Sequence record: DRR723986_4788
Direction: 5' to 3' (one strand)
Length of the DNA: 51,647 nt
The notes under the pieces were generated by a model. The model did not search any database and had not been told where the DNA came from. It saw only the letters and a program-made list of their open reading frames with translations. Below, piece by piece: positions 28,448-36,829 of the stretch; position 1 is the stretch's first letter; each line of letters starts with the position of its first letter. The position numbers were made by a program, and so were the translations under genes.

Positions 28448-28467
28448 CCACTCCAATTCCGTCCTGG

Positions 28468-30261
28468 TTAGGCATTGCCGGCGGCCCTCCGCGGTTCGTT
28501 AGCAAGGGCCGTTATCCGTTTGTAGAAGTCCGTCCCCCGTTCGTCTGCATACACTTCCGGGTAGTCGTAACGTTTAACGTCTACCCGGATTGGGCCACCC
28601 GCTACGGCCAGGGCGGACGCTTCCATTTCCGCCCGGGCTACCGCCAGTTGTTCGTCCGCGGTTGCGATAGGCACACAAAACATTAGGGCGTCGTGTACGG
28701 TTGCGATTGCCGGCACCCCCGCATTGGTGCAACGGATAGTCGCAACTCTGAGAATGTCGCTACCGGTACTTTGAATAATCCAATTCCCGTTTGACCGTTC
28801 GTTTAGGTCCTGCCCGGGGCCTACCTGTATCCGCCAACCGCAGTTGGTATATACCGGGAGGGAGAGGGCGGCCCGGTGCCGGACTTCTTCTATGAATTTC
28901 CAAAAGTCCCGGTATACCTCGAAATGCCGGTGTAGTAGTTCCCGGGCCTCTACCGTGTGAACTCCGGCCTTTAGCGCTAGGGTCTGTTCGCCCATACCGT
29001 ATTGGACTCCGAGGACCAGGGACTTACAGACGGTCCGTATGTCTCCGTGTGTCGCTTTCGTCGCACCCGTAGGGGCTAGGCCGGCGTCTATCGCAAACGC
29101 CATATAGGGGTCGCCGGACTCGTAGGCGGCCCGTAACTTTGCGTCGCCGGATAGGTGGGCCGCTATCGCTAGTTCTTGGCTAGCGAAGTCCAAGTAGGCC
29201 AACGTGTAATCCTCCGGGGCACGTAGGAAGGACCGGGACCACATAGACAAACCGAACAGATACCGGCTATTGCTAGGTTGGCTCCGGGCGGTCTTGCTAG
29301 TGAAGGGCCGCAACGGGGCCCGGCTACGTCCGTCCGGGGATACTTGAACTTTGTTGTTTCGGAATTGGGCCAGGGCCACGCGTAACTCCCGCAACGGGTA
29401 CAAGTGCGGGTAGGACTTCGCCATATCGGAGAACGTGGATTCCGATAGGGCAAGGGCGCCAGTTGGCAATCGCGGCCAGGGCGTCCCGGTGCGGCGTAGG
29501 TAGTCCGCGAACCGGGCGGAACTGAACTTGTCTCCCTCGAAGACGTGGTAGCCGTGGGCCGTATCTACTTCCGCAATTAACGCGGACTTAATGCTATCGA
29601 AGTTGGCCCGTACCTGGTCCCACGTGGGCACGTCTACCGGCAAGCCCTCCGCGGCCATACGGATACACTCCGCCATAAACCGGCCGCGGATAATGGCTTG
29701 GCCTATAGCCTTCGTGGGGTCCTTTGTCGGGGCCTCCGAGACTATTAGCGGCAGGTCCACCCCCAACAGGGCCACGGTGTCCTCTACGTCTTCCGCACAG
29801 TATTCAAGGATTATCGGCACGTCTTCCGCGGTCCACTCCCCGGAACCTATCATTACCTGCATGTGCTTTTTGTGCCCGGTGTCGCGGACCTTTAACCCCC
29901 GGCGTTTGATACTCGCCAACAGGGAGCCCGCGGGGTAGCCGGCGCCATTCACTAGCCGGCGTTCCTCCACCATTAGGTCCAACCATTTCGGGGGAAGGGG
30001 CCAACCGAGTTTAAGGAAACACCCGGCCTCCGCCTCCACGTTATAGGCTACAAACAATTCGGAACCGTCACTGGCAAAGGGGCAGTCTGTTAAGCCTCCG
30101 GGGGCCAGGACTAGCCGGACCCCCGTTAGGACTTCTTGCGCCACCATACAAACAACGTTCTGCGGTAAGACGTGGGCCCGGTCTAACTCATACTCAAAAT
30201 CCAGGACCCACACCCGGGCAATCCCTAGCCCCGCGAAATACTCCTTTGCCTGTAAGTCCAC
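28468..30261 (-). CDS. Family-A DNA polymerase (3'-5' exo plus polymerase, no 5'-3' exo)
   Basis: ExoI LDFEY, ExoIII YCAEDV; motif A LDFASQELAIAAHLSGD, motif B RTVCKSLVLGVQYGMG, motif C VHDAL. Confidence 0.9.
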   Translation of the reverse strand: MDLQAKEYFAGLGIARVWVLDFEYELDRAHVLPQNVVCMVAQEVLTGVRLVLAPGGLTDCPFASDGSELFVAYNVEAEAGCFLKLGWPLPPKWLDLMVEERRLVNGAGYPAGSLLASIKRRGLKVRDTGHKKHMQVMIGSGEWTAEDVPIILEYCAEDVEDTVALLGVDLPLIVSEAPTKDPTKAIGQAIIRGRFMAECIRMAAEGLPVDVPTWDQVRANFDSIKSALIAEVDTAHGYHVFEGDKFSSARFADYLRRTGTPWPRLPTGALALSESTFSDMAKSYPHLYPLRELRVALAQFRNNKVQVSPDGRSRAPLRPFTSKTARSQPSNSRYLFGLSMWSRSFLRAPEDYTLAYLDFASQELAIAAHLSGDAKLRAAYESGDPYMAFAIDAGLAPTGATKATHGDIRTVCKSLVLGVQYGMGEQTLALKAGVHTVEARELLHRHFEVYRDFWKFIEEVRHRAALSLPVYTNCGWRIQVGPGQDLNERSNGNWIIQSTGSDILRVATIRCTNAGVPAIATVHDALMFCVPIATADEQLAVARAEMEASALAVAGGPIRVDVKRYDYPEVYADERGTDFYKRITALANEPRRAAGNA

Positions 30262-30266
30262 GCCCG

Positions 30267-30896
30267 TTACTCCTGCCCGGTTAGTTGGCGGATTAGGGGG
30301 TGGTCTACGTCCGCGACGATGTTAGACGCGCCAAATGCCAGTTTGAGAATGTCCGGCATTTGTTCCCGGGGCCACAACGGGGCCGCGGTAATGCCGGGGG
30401 CCTTGTACAAGTCATACCGGCCCGCTGACATATTGGCCGCCATACGGACCCAATTTCCGGTGGCTACCTTCAAGACGTCCATAGCGGAGTCGTTCCAAGA
30501 ATTTTTAGGCCCGTCCGTGGAGGGCGTGGGTACCGGCCATAGGAACGGGACCGACTGGCGGTTGACGCACAGGACCAACAGTTTTACCGCGTGGTCCCCG
30601 GGCAGTTGTGCGGCCACCCCCGGGTCTAACAAGTAGGTTTCCCGGGCCTCCCTTACTTCGATTATCGGGGCGGAGAGGCGGAGTTTGGCGTGGGCCTGGA
30701 AGAACTCCTGTTTATTCGGCTTGCGGACCGAAATACCTAACAGGACCTTCTCCACCCCCAACTGTCCGACGTCGGTTGACGCGTCTACCGCATACCGCGC
30801 CGGGTCAAACAGGTTGTCTAGCGGGTCTTGGGTTGTCGCATCTTCCGCGGGTACTTCTTCCGGGATAATGCTTTCTACTTTGCTGTTACTGGTCAT
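30267..30896 (-). CDS. Hypothetical protein upstream of PolA (possible SSB/accessory factor)
   Basis: Acidic N-terminus; VRKPNKQEFF, PFLWPV, NSWNDSA, WVRM; 5 bp from the polymerase start. Confidence 0.7.
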   Translation of the reverse strand: MTSNSKVESIIPEEVPAEDATTQDPLDNLFDPARYAVDASTDVGQLGVEKVLLGISVRKPNKQEFFQAHAKLRLSAPIIEVREARETYLLDPGVAAQLPGDHAVKLLVLCVNRQSVPFLWPVPTPSTDGPKNSWNDSAMDVLKVATGNWVRMAANMSAGRYDLYKAPGITAAPLWPREQMPDILKLAFGASNIVADVDHPLIRQLTGQE

Positions 30897-31339
30897 TGGT
30901 TATGCCCCTGTGCTTCGATTAGTTGGCGGACGCGTTGCCCAAATGTCCGGACGGTGTGCAACTCGCAACGGTTTTCCCGGAGTAACCTGGTAGTCCGTGG
31001 GTAGTTACTTGCGACTAGGCCGGGGCTGACTCCCATAAAGACCAGGAAGGCGTCCCGTTCTGTGCTGTCCTCGATACGGTCTAGAAGTAATCGCTTAATG
31101 CCGGAGCCGGAGTAGCCCTCGGTATTGCTGGAATTGATTACAAAGACCCGGCCGCCGATGTTGGCAACAATGTCTATGGGTTTTTCCGGTGGCCGGAGCC
31201 TCCGGGGGTAGGGGCATACGTGGTAGGAGTTTGGCGTGGTTTCGACTTCTTCCCCGGTGGCTAGTTTTTGTAGCCCGGCCCGCTTGAGAACTCCCGTTAG
31301 CGGCGGCAAACCGCGTAGGTGTTTGGCGTGTGTATTCAT
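30893..31339 (-). CDS. Hypothetical protein
   Basis: 148 aa; ATGA overlaps with both neighbours. Confidence 0.6.
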   Translation of the reverse strand: MNTHAKHLRGLPPLTGVLKRAGLQKLATGEEVETTPNSYHVCPYPRRLRPPEKPIDIVANIGGRVFVINSSNTEGYSGSGIKRLLLDRIEDSTERDAFLVFMGVSPGLVASNYPRTTRLLRENRCELHTVRTFGQRVRQLIEAQGHNQ

Positions 31340-31581
31340 TCGGGGAAGCCCTCCTTAGCGATACGACAAAAGTATTCGTACACTTCGTCGTCGTTAAAAA
31401 GTTGCTTCTCCCCGCGGCTCCGGCCCTTGATAGGGGTGGGAAAACGTGGGTCCCGCTTGATAACAGTTATAAAGTATTTCCGCCCGAATAGTTTTCTATC
31501 CCCGCGGTTCCCGTACTTCTCTAAGATGCCCTCGCAATCAATGATTGGCGGCAGGGCGTGTGCTTGTGCATACATTGTCAA
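31336..31581 (-). CDS. AlpA/excisionase-like DNA-binding protein
   Basis: IKRDPRFPTPIK...LFNDDEVYEYF resembles AlpA/Xis; 81 aa; GGAG RBS. Confidence 0.65.
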   Translation of the reverse strand: MTMYAQAHALPPIIDCEGILEKYGNRGDRKLFGRKYFITVIKRDPRFPTPIKGRSRGEKQLFNDDEVYEYFCRIAKEGFPE

Positions 31582-31682
31582 CGTCTCCCTCTGTAGTTGA
31601 GTGACGCTAACTAAACTATGCGGCGGACCTTTTTGGTTCTAACCCACAACTATAGAAAATCAGTAGGGTTGTGGGTTTGACT

Positions 31683-32270
31683 CTAGCGGGGGTGCCTTCT
31701 TTTGTAGGACTTTATGATGCGGGCGGTATCTTCGCCGTATATGAGGGAGAAGACTTGATACGCCTTGCCGGTTACATTCCCGTTGATTGATAGGTGCGGG
31801 AAGTGCGACTGCCAAGCGCGGGCGTACATATCGAAAGTAACGGCCTCTACGTTACTCCGCCCGGACCGTCTCCCGGGCCGTTGGGCCTCTAATGCTTCGA
31901 CACAACCTATTTGTAGGTCTTCCAGGACCGCGGCAAGTACCTCGGTTTTTTGGGCGGAAAGCCCTATCAGAATCCGGTCCTCCGGGTTCATATAGTTAAG
32001 ACTATGGACCAATGCTTCCGCGGCTTTCTTCACGTCCGCGACTGCCGCGGAGTCTCGTAGTTGTTCCTGGTCGCGGTCTATCCGCCGGTATTTTTCCAAG
32101 ATTCCGCGGACAATTGGGTCCGCTTGGATAGCCGAAAGTCCTTGTATTTCGATTAGGAACCCCCGCAATGTTTCTAGGCTTTCCCGGGGGAGTATCCGTT
32201 GTAGTTCTTCAACTCCGAAGGCGGGTTGGGTATGCCCCGGGACAAACTGCGTGTGTTTAATCTTTGGCAT
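31683..32270 (-). CDS. Hypothetical protein coupled to the integrase
   Basis: 195-aa ORF overlapping the integrase 3' end. Confidence 0.6.
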   Translation of the reverse strand: MPKIKHTQFVPGHTQPAFGVEELQRILPRESLETLRGFLIEIQGLSAIQADPIVRGILEKYRRIDRDQEQLRDSAAVADVKKAAEALVHSLNYMNPEDRILIGLSAQKTEVLAAVLEDLQIGCVEALEAQRPGRRSGRSNVEAVTFDMYARAWQSHFPHLSINGNVTGKAYQVFSLIYGEDTARIIKSYKRRHPR

Positions 32271-33492
32271 TGTCGCGGGCCTCGTCTAGTTTGTTTGCCC
32301 ACCAGACAAGGACCCGGCCGGCGCCTTCTGCCGGTGCTACCCGGAAATAGGCCCCTTCAACTTCGCTGGCAACTTGGTGGTCTAGTACCGCTTCAATCCA
32401 ACTCTTAGCAAACAGGGGGCGTCCGTCTTCCCCTATCGCGTTTTCCGCTTGGGTCTTCAACGAACTACGCCAACCGTGGGGTACGTGCCGGCCGCGTAGT
32501 CCCAGGCATACCCGTAAGTGTTTATCTATCGTCTCCGGGCGTATATGCCCAACCTTGTTAGGTGACGCGAAGACTTTACCGGTGTGCTTGGCCCGGGGTA
32601 CCCGCTTTAGCAGGGCTACCGCTTGGGGTGGTAGGTGTATTACCTGGTCCCCGCGGGTATCGTCTTTGACCTTCTTGCGGGCCCGGGGGATTCTCCACAC
32701 CCCCGCGTCTATGTCGAACTCCGACCATTCCGCTTCTACGACGTCGGAAGCCCGCTGACACGTGTACGCTTGGAACTCGGTTATAACCCGCACTAGAAAA
32801 CTTGCGTCGCTGGTTTCGTTTGCTTCCAGGACCGCGGCCAGGTCTTCCCACGCTACCAGGGCGGGTAGGTTCTTCTTCCGGGTCTTCCGGGACGTGGCGG
32901 AGTGTATCCGGGCAACCGAGGGAACCGGGTTGGCCGCTACCACCCCCAAACCCACCAGGTAATCAAACAACTTGGAAAGGGCGGACCGAATCTTACTCTC
33001 GGTATCCGGCAACTTCGCCCGGACGGGGGCCAGGTAGGTATATAACTCCGCCGGCGTTATCTCCCCGACTGGCATAGCCCATAGCGGGGTAGGTTTAACG
33101 TGGTTATCTACCCGGCCTTGCATATTGTCCGCGTACTTCTCGGACCAACTACCGGTAGGGCCGGAGACGATCCGGTGGAAGACTTCCCAAACGGTACCTA
33201 ACGCGGAGGCGCTAGAAAGCCCTCCTACCGCCTTTTGGGGGACGGGGGCTAGTTTCTCGGGGTTAGCCCGCAAATGGCTTCCCGCGGCTCTGAGACGCTT
33301 TAAATCGGCTTTAAGGACCCTTCTACGGATAGTCTCTAGGGGGTGGTCCTTGTATTGGCCCGCGGGTAGCTTCACCCGCTGGTAACAGGTAACGGAACCG
33401 TCCCGGTTCTTCCGCCAATACAGTTGGTCTACGTCGCTACGCTTTGTGCCGGCTTCCAAGCCGTTGACTTCCGCCAGTGTAAGTAATGCCAT
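32257..33492 (-). CDS. Tyrosine recombinase/integrase
   Basis: Catalytic set CQRASDV (R), KKVK (K), HGWR, LDH, GAY; adjacent to the ssrA att. Confidence 0.9.
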   Translation of the reverse strand: MALLTLAEVNGLEAGTKRSDVDQLYWRKNRDGSVTCYQRVKLPAGQYKDHPLETIRRRVLKADLKRLRAAGSHLRANPEKLAPVPQKAVGGLSSASALGTVWEVFHRIVSGPTGSWSEKYADNMQGRVDNHVKPTPLWAMPVGEITPAELYTYLAPVRAKLPDTESKIRSALSKLFDYLVGLGVVAANPVPSVARIHSATSRKTRKKNLPALVAWEDLAAVLEANETSDASFLVRVITEFQAYTCQRASDVVEAEWSEFDIDAGVWRIPRARKKVKDDTRGDQVIHLPPQAVALLKRVPRAKHTGKVFASPNKVGHIRPETIDKHLRVCLGLRGRHVPHGWRSSLKTQAENAIGEDGRPLFAKSWIEAVLDHQVASEVEGAYFRVAPAEGAGRVLVWWANKLDEARDNAKD

Positions 33493-33639
33493 TCCCTAAA
33501 ATCCGGTAATCGGTCCAACTCGGTTAGGGAACGGGGGCCCTGTTCCCTAGAACTAGAAAGACGCTACTTTACCACAGGTTTGACAGTTGTTTAGCTAATA
33601 GTTAGCTTTGGGCCTGTATTTACAGGGATTTACGGACAC

Positions 33640-33662
33640 AAAAAAGGCCCCGCTTGGGGGCC
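33640..33662 (-). terminator. Rho-independent terminator downstream of ssrA, supplied by island A
   Basis: Minus strand GGCCCC-CAAGC-GGGGCC-TTTTTT. Confidence 0.7.
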
Positions 33663-33686
33663 CGCTTGAATGGCTAAAATGTGGTT

Positions 33687-34078
33687 TGGTGGAGGCGGCG
33701 GGAGTTGAACCCGCGTCCGCCAGTACTCTGCCTTTGGCTCTACATGCTTAGATTCCGTCGATTAATTTAACCGCAAACAGCCCGACGGGCAGGACGTTCT
33801 TGGCGATCCCGATAATTGTTTAGCGGCTCAACCTCGAGCAAATATCACCGCGATCCAGTTCTGTATGACAGTCAGTAGCGCGGGGCTGGAACCTTGCTAA
33901 AGACCGCCAGGGCCGAAGCACCTGGATGGTGTTACAAAGGGCTACTTACGCAGCCAGTTGTGCACCGTAGTTGTCGTCATTGGCAACTAATAGTTTGCAG
34001 CTTTGGATTAACGTGATTGGCTACCATCACGGCATGCACCTCAGGGTTCGTTACCGTCGTCGAATCCGTATCGCCCCC
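33687..34078 (-). ncRNA. ssrA: tmRNA, 392 nt, tag peptide ANDDNYGAQLAA
   Basis: 5' GGGGGCG...GGATTCGAC pairs with 3' CGCCTCCACCA (G3-U); T-arm GCGGGTTCAACTCCCGC; tag ORF at 33946-33984. Confidence 0.97.
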
Positions 34079-34398
34079 AGTGTGAGCGCGGAGTATACCG
34101 CGTTCTGGCCTCTTATGACCGGTAATTTGGCGTATAGTTCCGTGTTCAGCCGGTTCCGGGTGACGAAAAAGGGCAGCTCCCTGGGCCCAATGGGGCATCT
34201 GGAAAGCCGCCTCTGCCGTATATAGACGAAATCTGGTCGAGTGGGGCGGCTGCCCGCTTGACAGGTGATCGGGGGGTCCCCAACATCGTGAACCCTGGGC
34301 CTTGCTCAATGCAAAGCCGGGTTACGTAATGGCCTCTGATTCAGGGCAGTACTAACAACGTGGGCCCCGGCTCAACAATAATTGCTCATGGATGGTTG

Positions 34399-34869
34399 AT
34401 GCATATCCTGCTTTCCCTGGTGTTCTGGTTCGCGGCCTGGTTGCTGTGGAGCGGCATGTACAAGCCCCTGTTGCTCGGGCTTGGCGTGCTGTCCTGCCTG
34501 CTGGTGCTGGTGCTGGCCCGGCGCATGGGCTTTTTCCATCGGGATGTGTTCAGCCTGCACCTCACCTGGCGCCTGCTGCCCTTCTGGGGCTGGCTGGGCA
34601 AGGAGCTGCTGGTGGCTAACGTCCAGGTGGCGCGCATTGTGCTCAGTCGCACCCCCGCTATCAGCCCCACGGTGATCCGGGTGGACGCCCTCACCGAAGA
34701 CCCGGTGGGTCAGGCCATTCTCGGCAACTCCATCACCCTCACCCCGGGCACGGTCACCCTGGACGATCACGAGGGGGAACTGCTGGTGCACTGCCTCACC
34801 CGCGAGGGCGCCGACGACCTGCTCGAAGGCGAGATGAACCGCCGTGTCGCCGCGCTGATGAAGAACTGA
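34399..34869 (+). CDS. mnhE: Na+/H+ antiporter subunit E
   Basis: ANVQVARIVL, GNSITLTPGTVT, LLVHCL. Confidence 0.88.
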   Translation: MHILLSLVFWFAAWLLWSGMYKPLLLGLGVLSCLLVLVLARRMGFFHRDVFSLHLTWRLLPFWGWLGKELLVANVQVARIVLSRTPAISPTVIRVDALTEDPVGQAILGNSITLTPGTVTLDDHEGELLVHCLTREGADDLLEGEMNRRVAALMKN

Positions 34870-34873
34870 GCCG

Positions 34874-35155
34874 ATGTTTCTCACTGCGTCTATCGCCATT
34901 CTGCTGACCATGATTCTCGCTCTCGCGCGGGCCCTGCTGGGGCCCACGGTTTACGATCGCGTGCTGGCGGTGAACATGTTCGGCACCAAGACGGTGCTGC
35001 TATTGTCGGTGGTGGCCTTCCTCTATGGCCGCCCGGACTTCCTCGATCTCGCCCTGGCCTACGCCCTGATCAACTTCATCGGGGTGCTGGCGGTGCTGCA
35101 GTTCTTCGAGAACCGCGTATCGGATAACGCCGACAAGGCGGAGGCGCGGGAATGA
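34874..35155 (+). CDS. mnhF: Na+/H+ antiporter subunit F
   Basis: GPTVYDRVLAVN, DLALAYALINF. Confidence 0.88.
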   Translation: MFLTASIAILLTMILALARALLGPTVYDRVLAVNMFGTKTVLLLSVVAFLYGRPDFLDLALAYALINFIGVLAVLQFFENRVSDNADKAEARE

Positions 35156-35478
35156 GCGCTTTGCTGGATATCCTGAGCTGGGTGCTGCTGCTGTCGGGTG
35201 GCGTCTTTGTGCTGGTCGGTGGCATCGGCATCATGCGCCTGCCTGACCTCTACACCCGCATGCACGCCGCCAGCCTTACCGACACCCTGGGCACCCTGCT
35301 GATTCTTGGCGGCATCATGCTGCAGGCCGGGCTGACTCTGGCCAGTATCAAGCTGGCGGCGATCGCCATGTTCCTGCTGCTTACCGGCCCCACCGCAACC
35401 TACGCGCTGGCCAATGCCGCGCTGCTCTCGGGCTCGCTGCCACGGGATGCCGAGCTGCCGGAGGACCTGTCCTCATGA
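35152..35478 (+). CDS. mnhG: Na+/H+ antiporter subunit G
   Basis: GIMRLPDLYTRMHAAS. Confidence 0.88.
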   Translation: MSALLDILSWVLLLSGGVFVLVGGIGIMRLPDLYTRMHAASLTDTLGTLLILGGIMLQAGLTLASIKLAAIAMFLLLTGPTATYALANAALLSGSLPRDAELPEDLSS

Positions 35479-36467
35479 TGACGGTGGTGTTCGGCATCTT
35501 CCTGTTAACCCTGCTGGTGATTACCGCCATCGGCATCATCCGCTCGGAGAACCTCTTCACCGCGGTAATGCTCACCGGCATTTTCTCCCTGCTGATGGCC
35601 GCCAACTTCTTTATTCTCGACGCCGCCGACGTGGCACTCACCGAGGCCGCCGTTGGTGCCGGTATCTCCACCGTATTGTTACTCGGCGCGCTGGCCCTTA
35701 CCCCGCCACGGGAGCGCCATGAGCGAACCCGCAGCGGCCGCTGGCTGTCGGTGGGTGTGGTTACTGCCACTACCCTGGTGGTGATCTACGCCACGTTTGA
35801 GAAGCCGCGTCTGGGCGACCCCGAGGCGCCGGTGCACCAGCATGTTGCACCGTGGTACCTGGAGCAGACCCCGGAGCTGGTGGGTATTCCCAATGTCGTC
35901 ACCGCCGTACTGGGTTCTTTCCGGGCCTATGACACCCTCGGTGAGGTGATTGTGGTGCTCACCGCCGGTATCGGCGTGCTGTTCCTGCTCGGCCTGCCCG
36001 GCGCAGTGGGCGAGCGCAAGCGGGAAGACGTCGCCACCGGCCGCACCTACCTGAGCCATCACCTCGTACCACAGGTGGTGGGCCGCCTGCTGATCCCGTT
36101 TATCCTGCTGTTTGCACTTTATGTGCAGTTCCACGGGGAGTACGGCCCTGGCGGCGGCTTCCAGGCGGGGGCGATCTTTGCCGCGGCGATCATCCTCTAC
36201 GCCCTGATCGAGGGGGAGCGGGAAGCGCTCGAGGTGATATCGCCGCAGTTGCTGATGTGGCTGATGGCCGGCGGTGCCTTACTCTATGGCGGGGTGGGTA
36301 TTCTCACCATGCTGCTGGGCGGCAACTTCCTCGACTACAACGTACTTGCGGCCGACCCGGTAAAGGGCCAGCAGTGGGGCATCATCGCGATTGAACTCGG
36401 GGTGGGTATTACCGTGGCCAGCGTGTTGCTGGCGATCTACCACGCCTTTGCGGCCCGGGGGCGCTGA
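35475..36467 (+). CDS. mnhB: Na+/H+ antiporter subunit B (DUF4040 plus MnhB domains)
   Basis: AADVALTEAAVGAG, NVVTAVLGSFRAYDTLGE, HGEYGPGGGFQAG. Confidence 0.85.
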   Translation: MMTVVFGIFLLTLLVITAIGIIRSENLFTAVMLTGIFSLLMAANFFILDAADVALTEAAVGAGISTVLLLGALALTPPRERHERTRSGRWLSVGVVTATTLVVIYATFEKPRLGDPEAPVHQHVAPWYLEQTPELVGIPNVVTAVLGSFRAYDTLGEVIVVLTAGIGVLFLLGLPGAVGERKREDVATGRTYLSHHLVPQVVGRLLIPFILLFALYVQFHGEYGPGGGFQAGAIFAAAIILYALIEGEREALEVISPQLLMWLMAGGALLYGGVGILTMLLGGNFLDYNVLAADPVKGQQWGIIAIELGVGITVASVLLAIYHAFAARGR

Positions 36468-36829
36468 TGCTGGAGATCCTCGGTCTTTATAACTATTGGG
36501 TGTTCGCCGTGCTGCTGATGATCGGCTTTTACGCGGTGATTGCCCGCCCCAATATGATCAAGAAACTGCTGGGCCTGGGTATCTTCCAGGCGGCGGTGTT
36601 CCTGCTGTATATCACCATGGACAAGGTGGAGGGCGGCACCGCGCCCATCATCCAGAAGGGGGTAGTGGATGCCATCTACTCCAATCCCTTGCCCCAGGTG
36701 CTGATTCTCACCGCGATCGTGGTCGGCATTTCCACCACCGCGCTGGGCCTGGCTTTAGTGGTGCGTATCCACGAGGCCTACGGCACCATCGAAGAAGACG
36801 AAACCCAGCAGCTGGATCTGGAACAGTGA
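36467..36829 (+). CDS. mnhC: Na+/H+ antiporter subunit C
   Basis: NPLPQVLILTAIVVG. Confidence 0.88.
   Translation: MLEILGLYNYWVFAVLLMIGFYAVIARPNMIKKLLGLGIFQAAVFLLYITMDKVEGGTAPIIQKGVVDAIYSNPLPQVLILTAIVVGISTTALGLALVVRIHEAYGTIEEDETQQLDLEQ

Larger units (their letters stand above)
23031..33704. mobile_element. Island A: ssrA-integrated satellite-like element (~10.65 kb) with integrase, PolA module, HNH and terminase
   Basis: 19-bp direct repeats, intact integrase beside ssrA, all called genes on the minus strand, distinct tetranucleotide usage. Confidence 0.88.

Noticed and set aside
23031-33704. Complete prophage
   Set aside because: Only 10.65 kb between att sites, with no capsid, portal, tail, lysis or CI-type repressor genes.
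33971-34309. ORFs overlapping 33971-34309
   Set aside because: They overlap tmRNA and its promoter region; no protein motifs.
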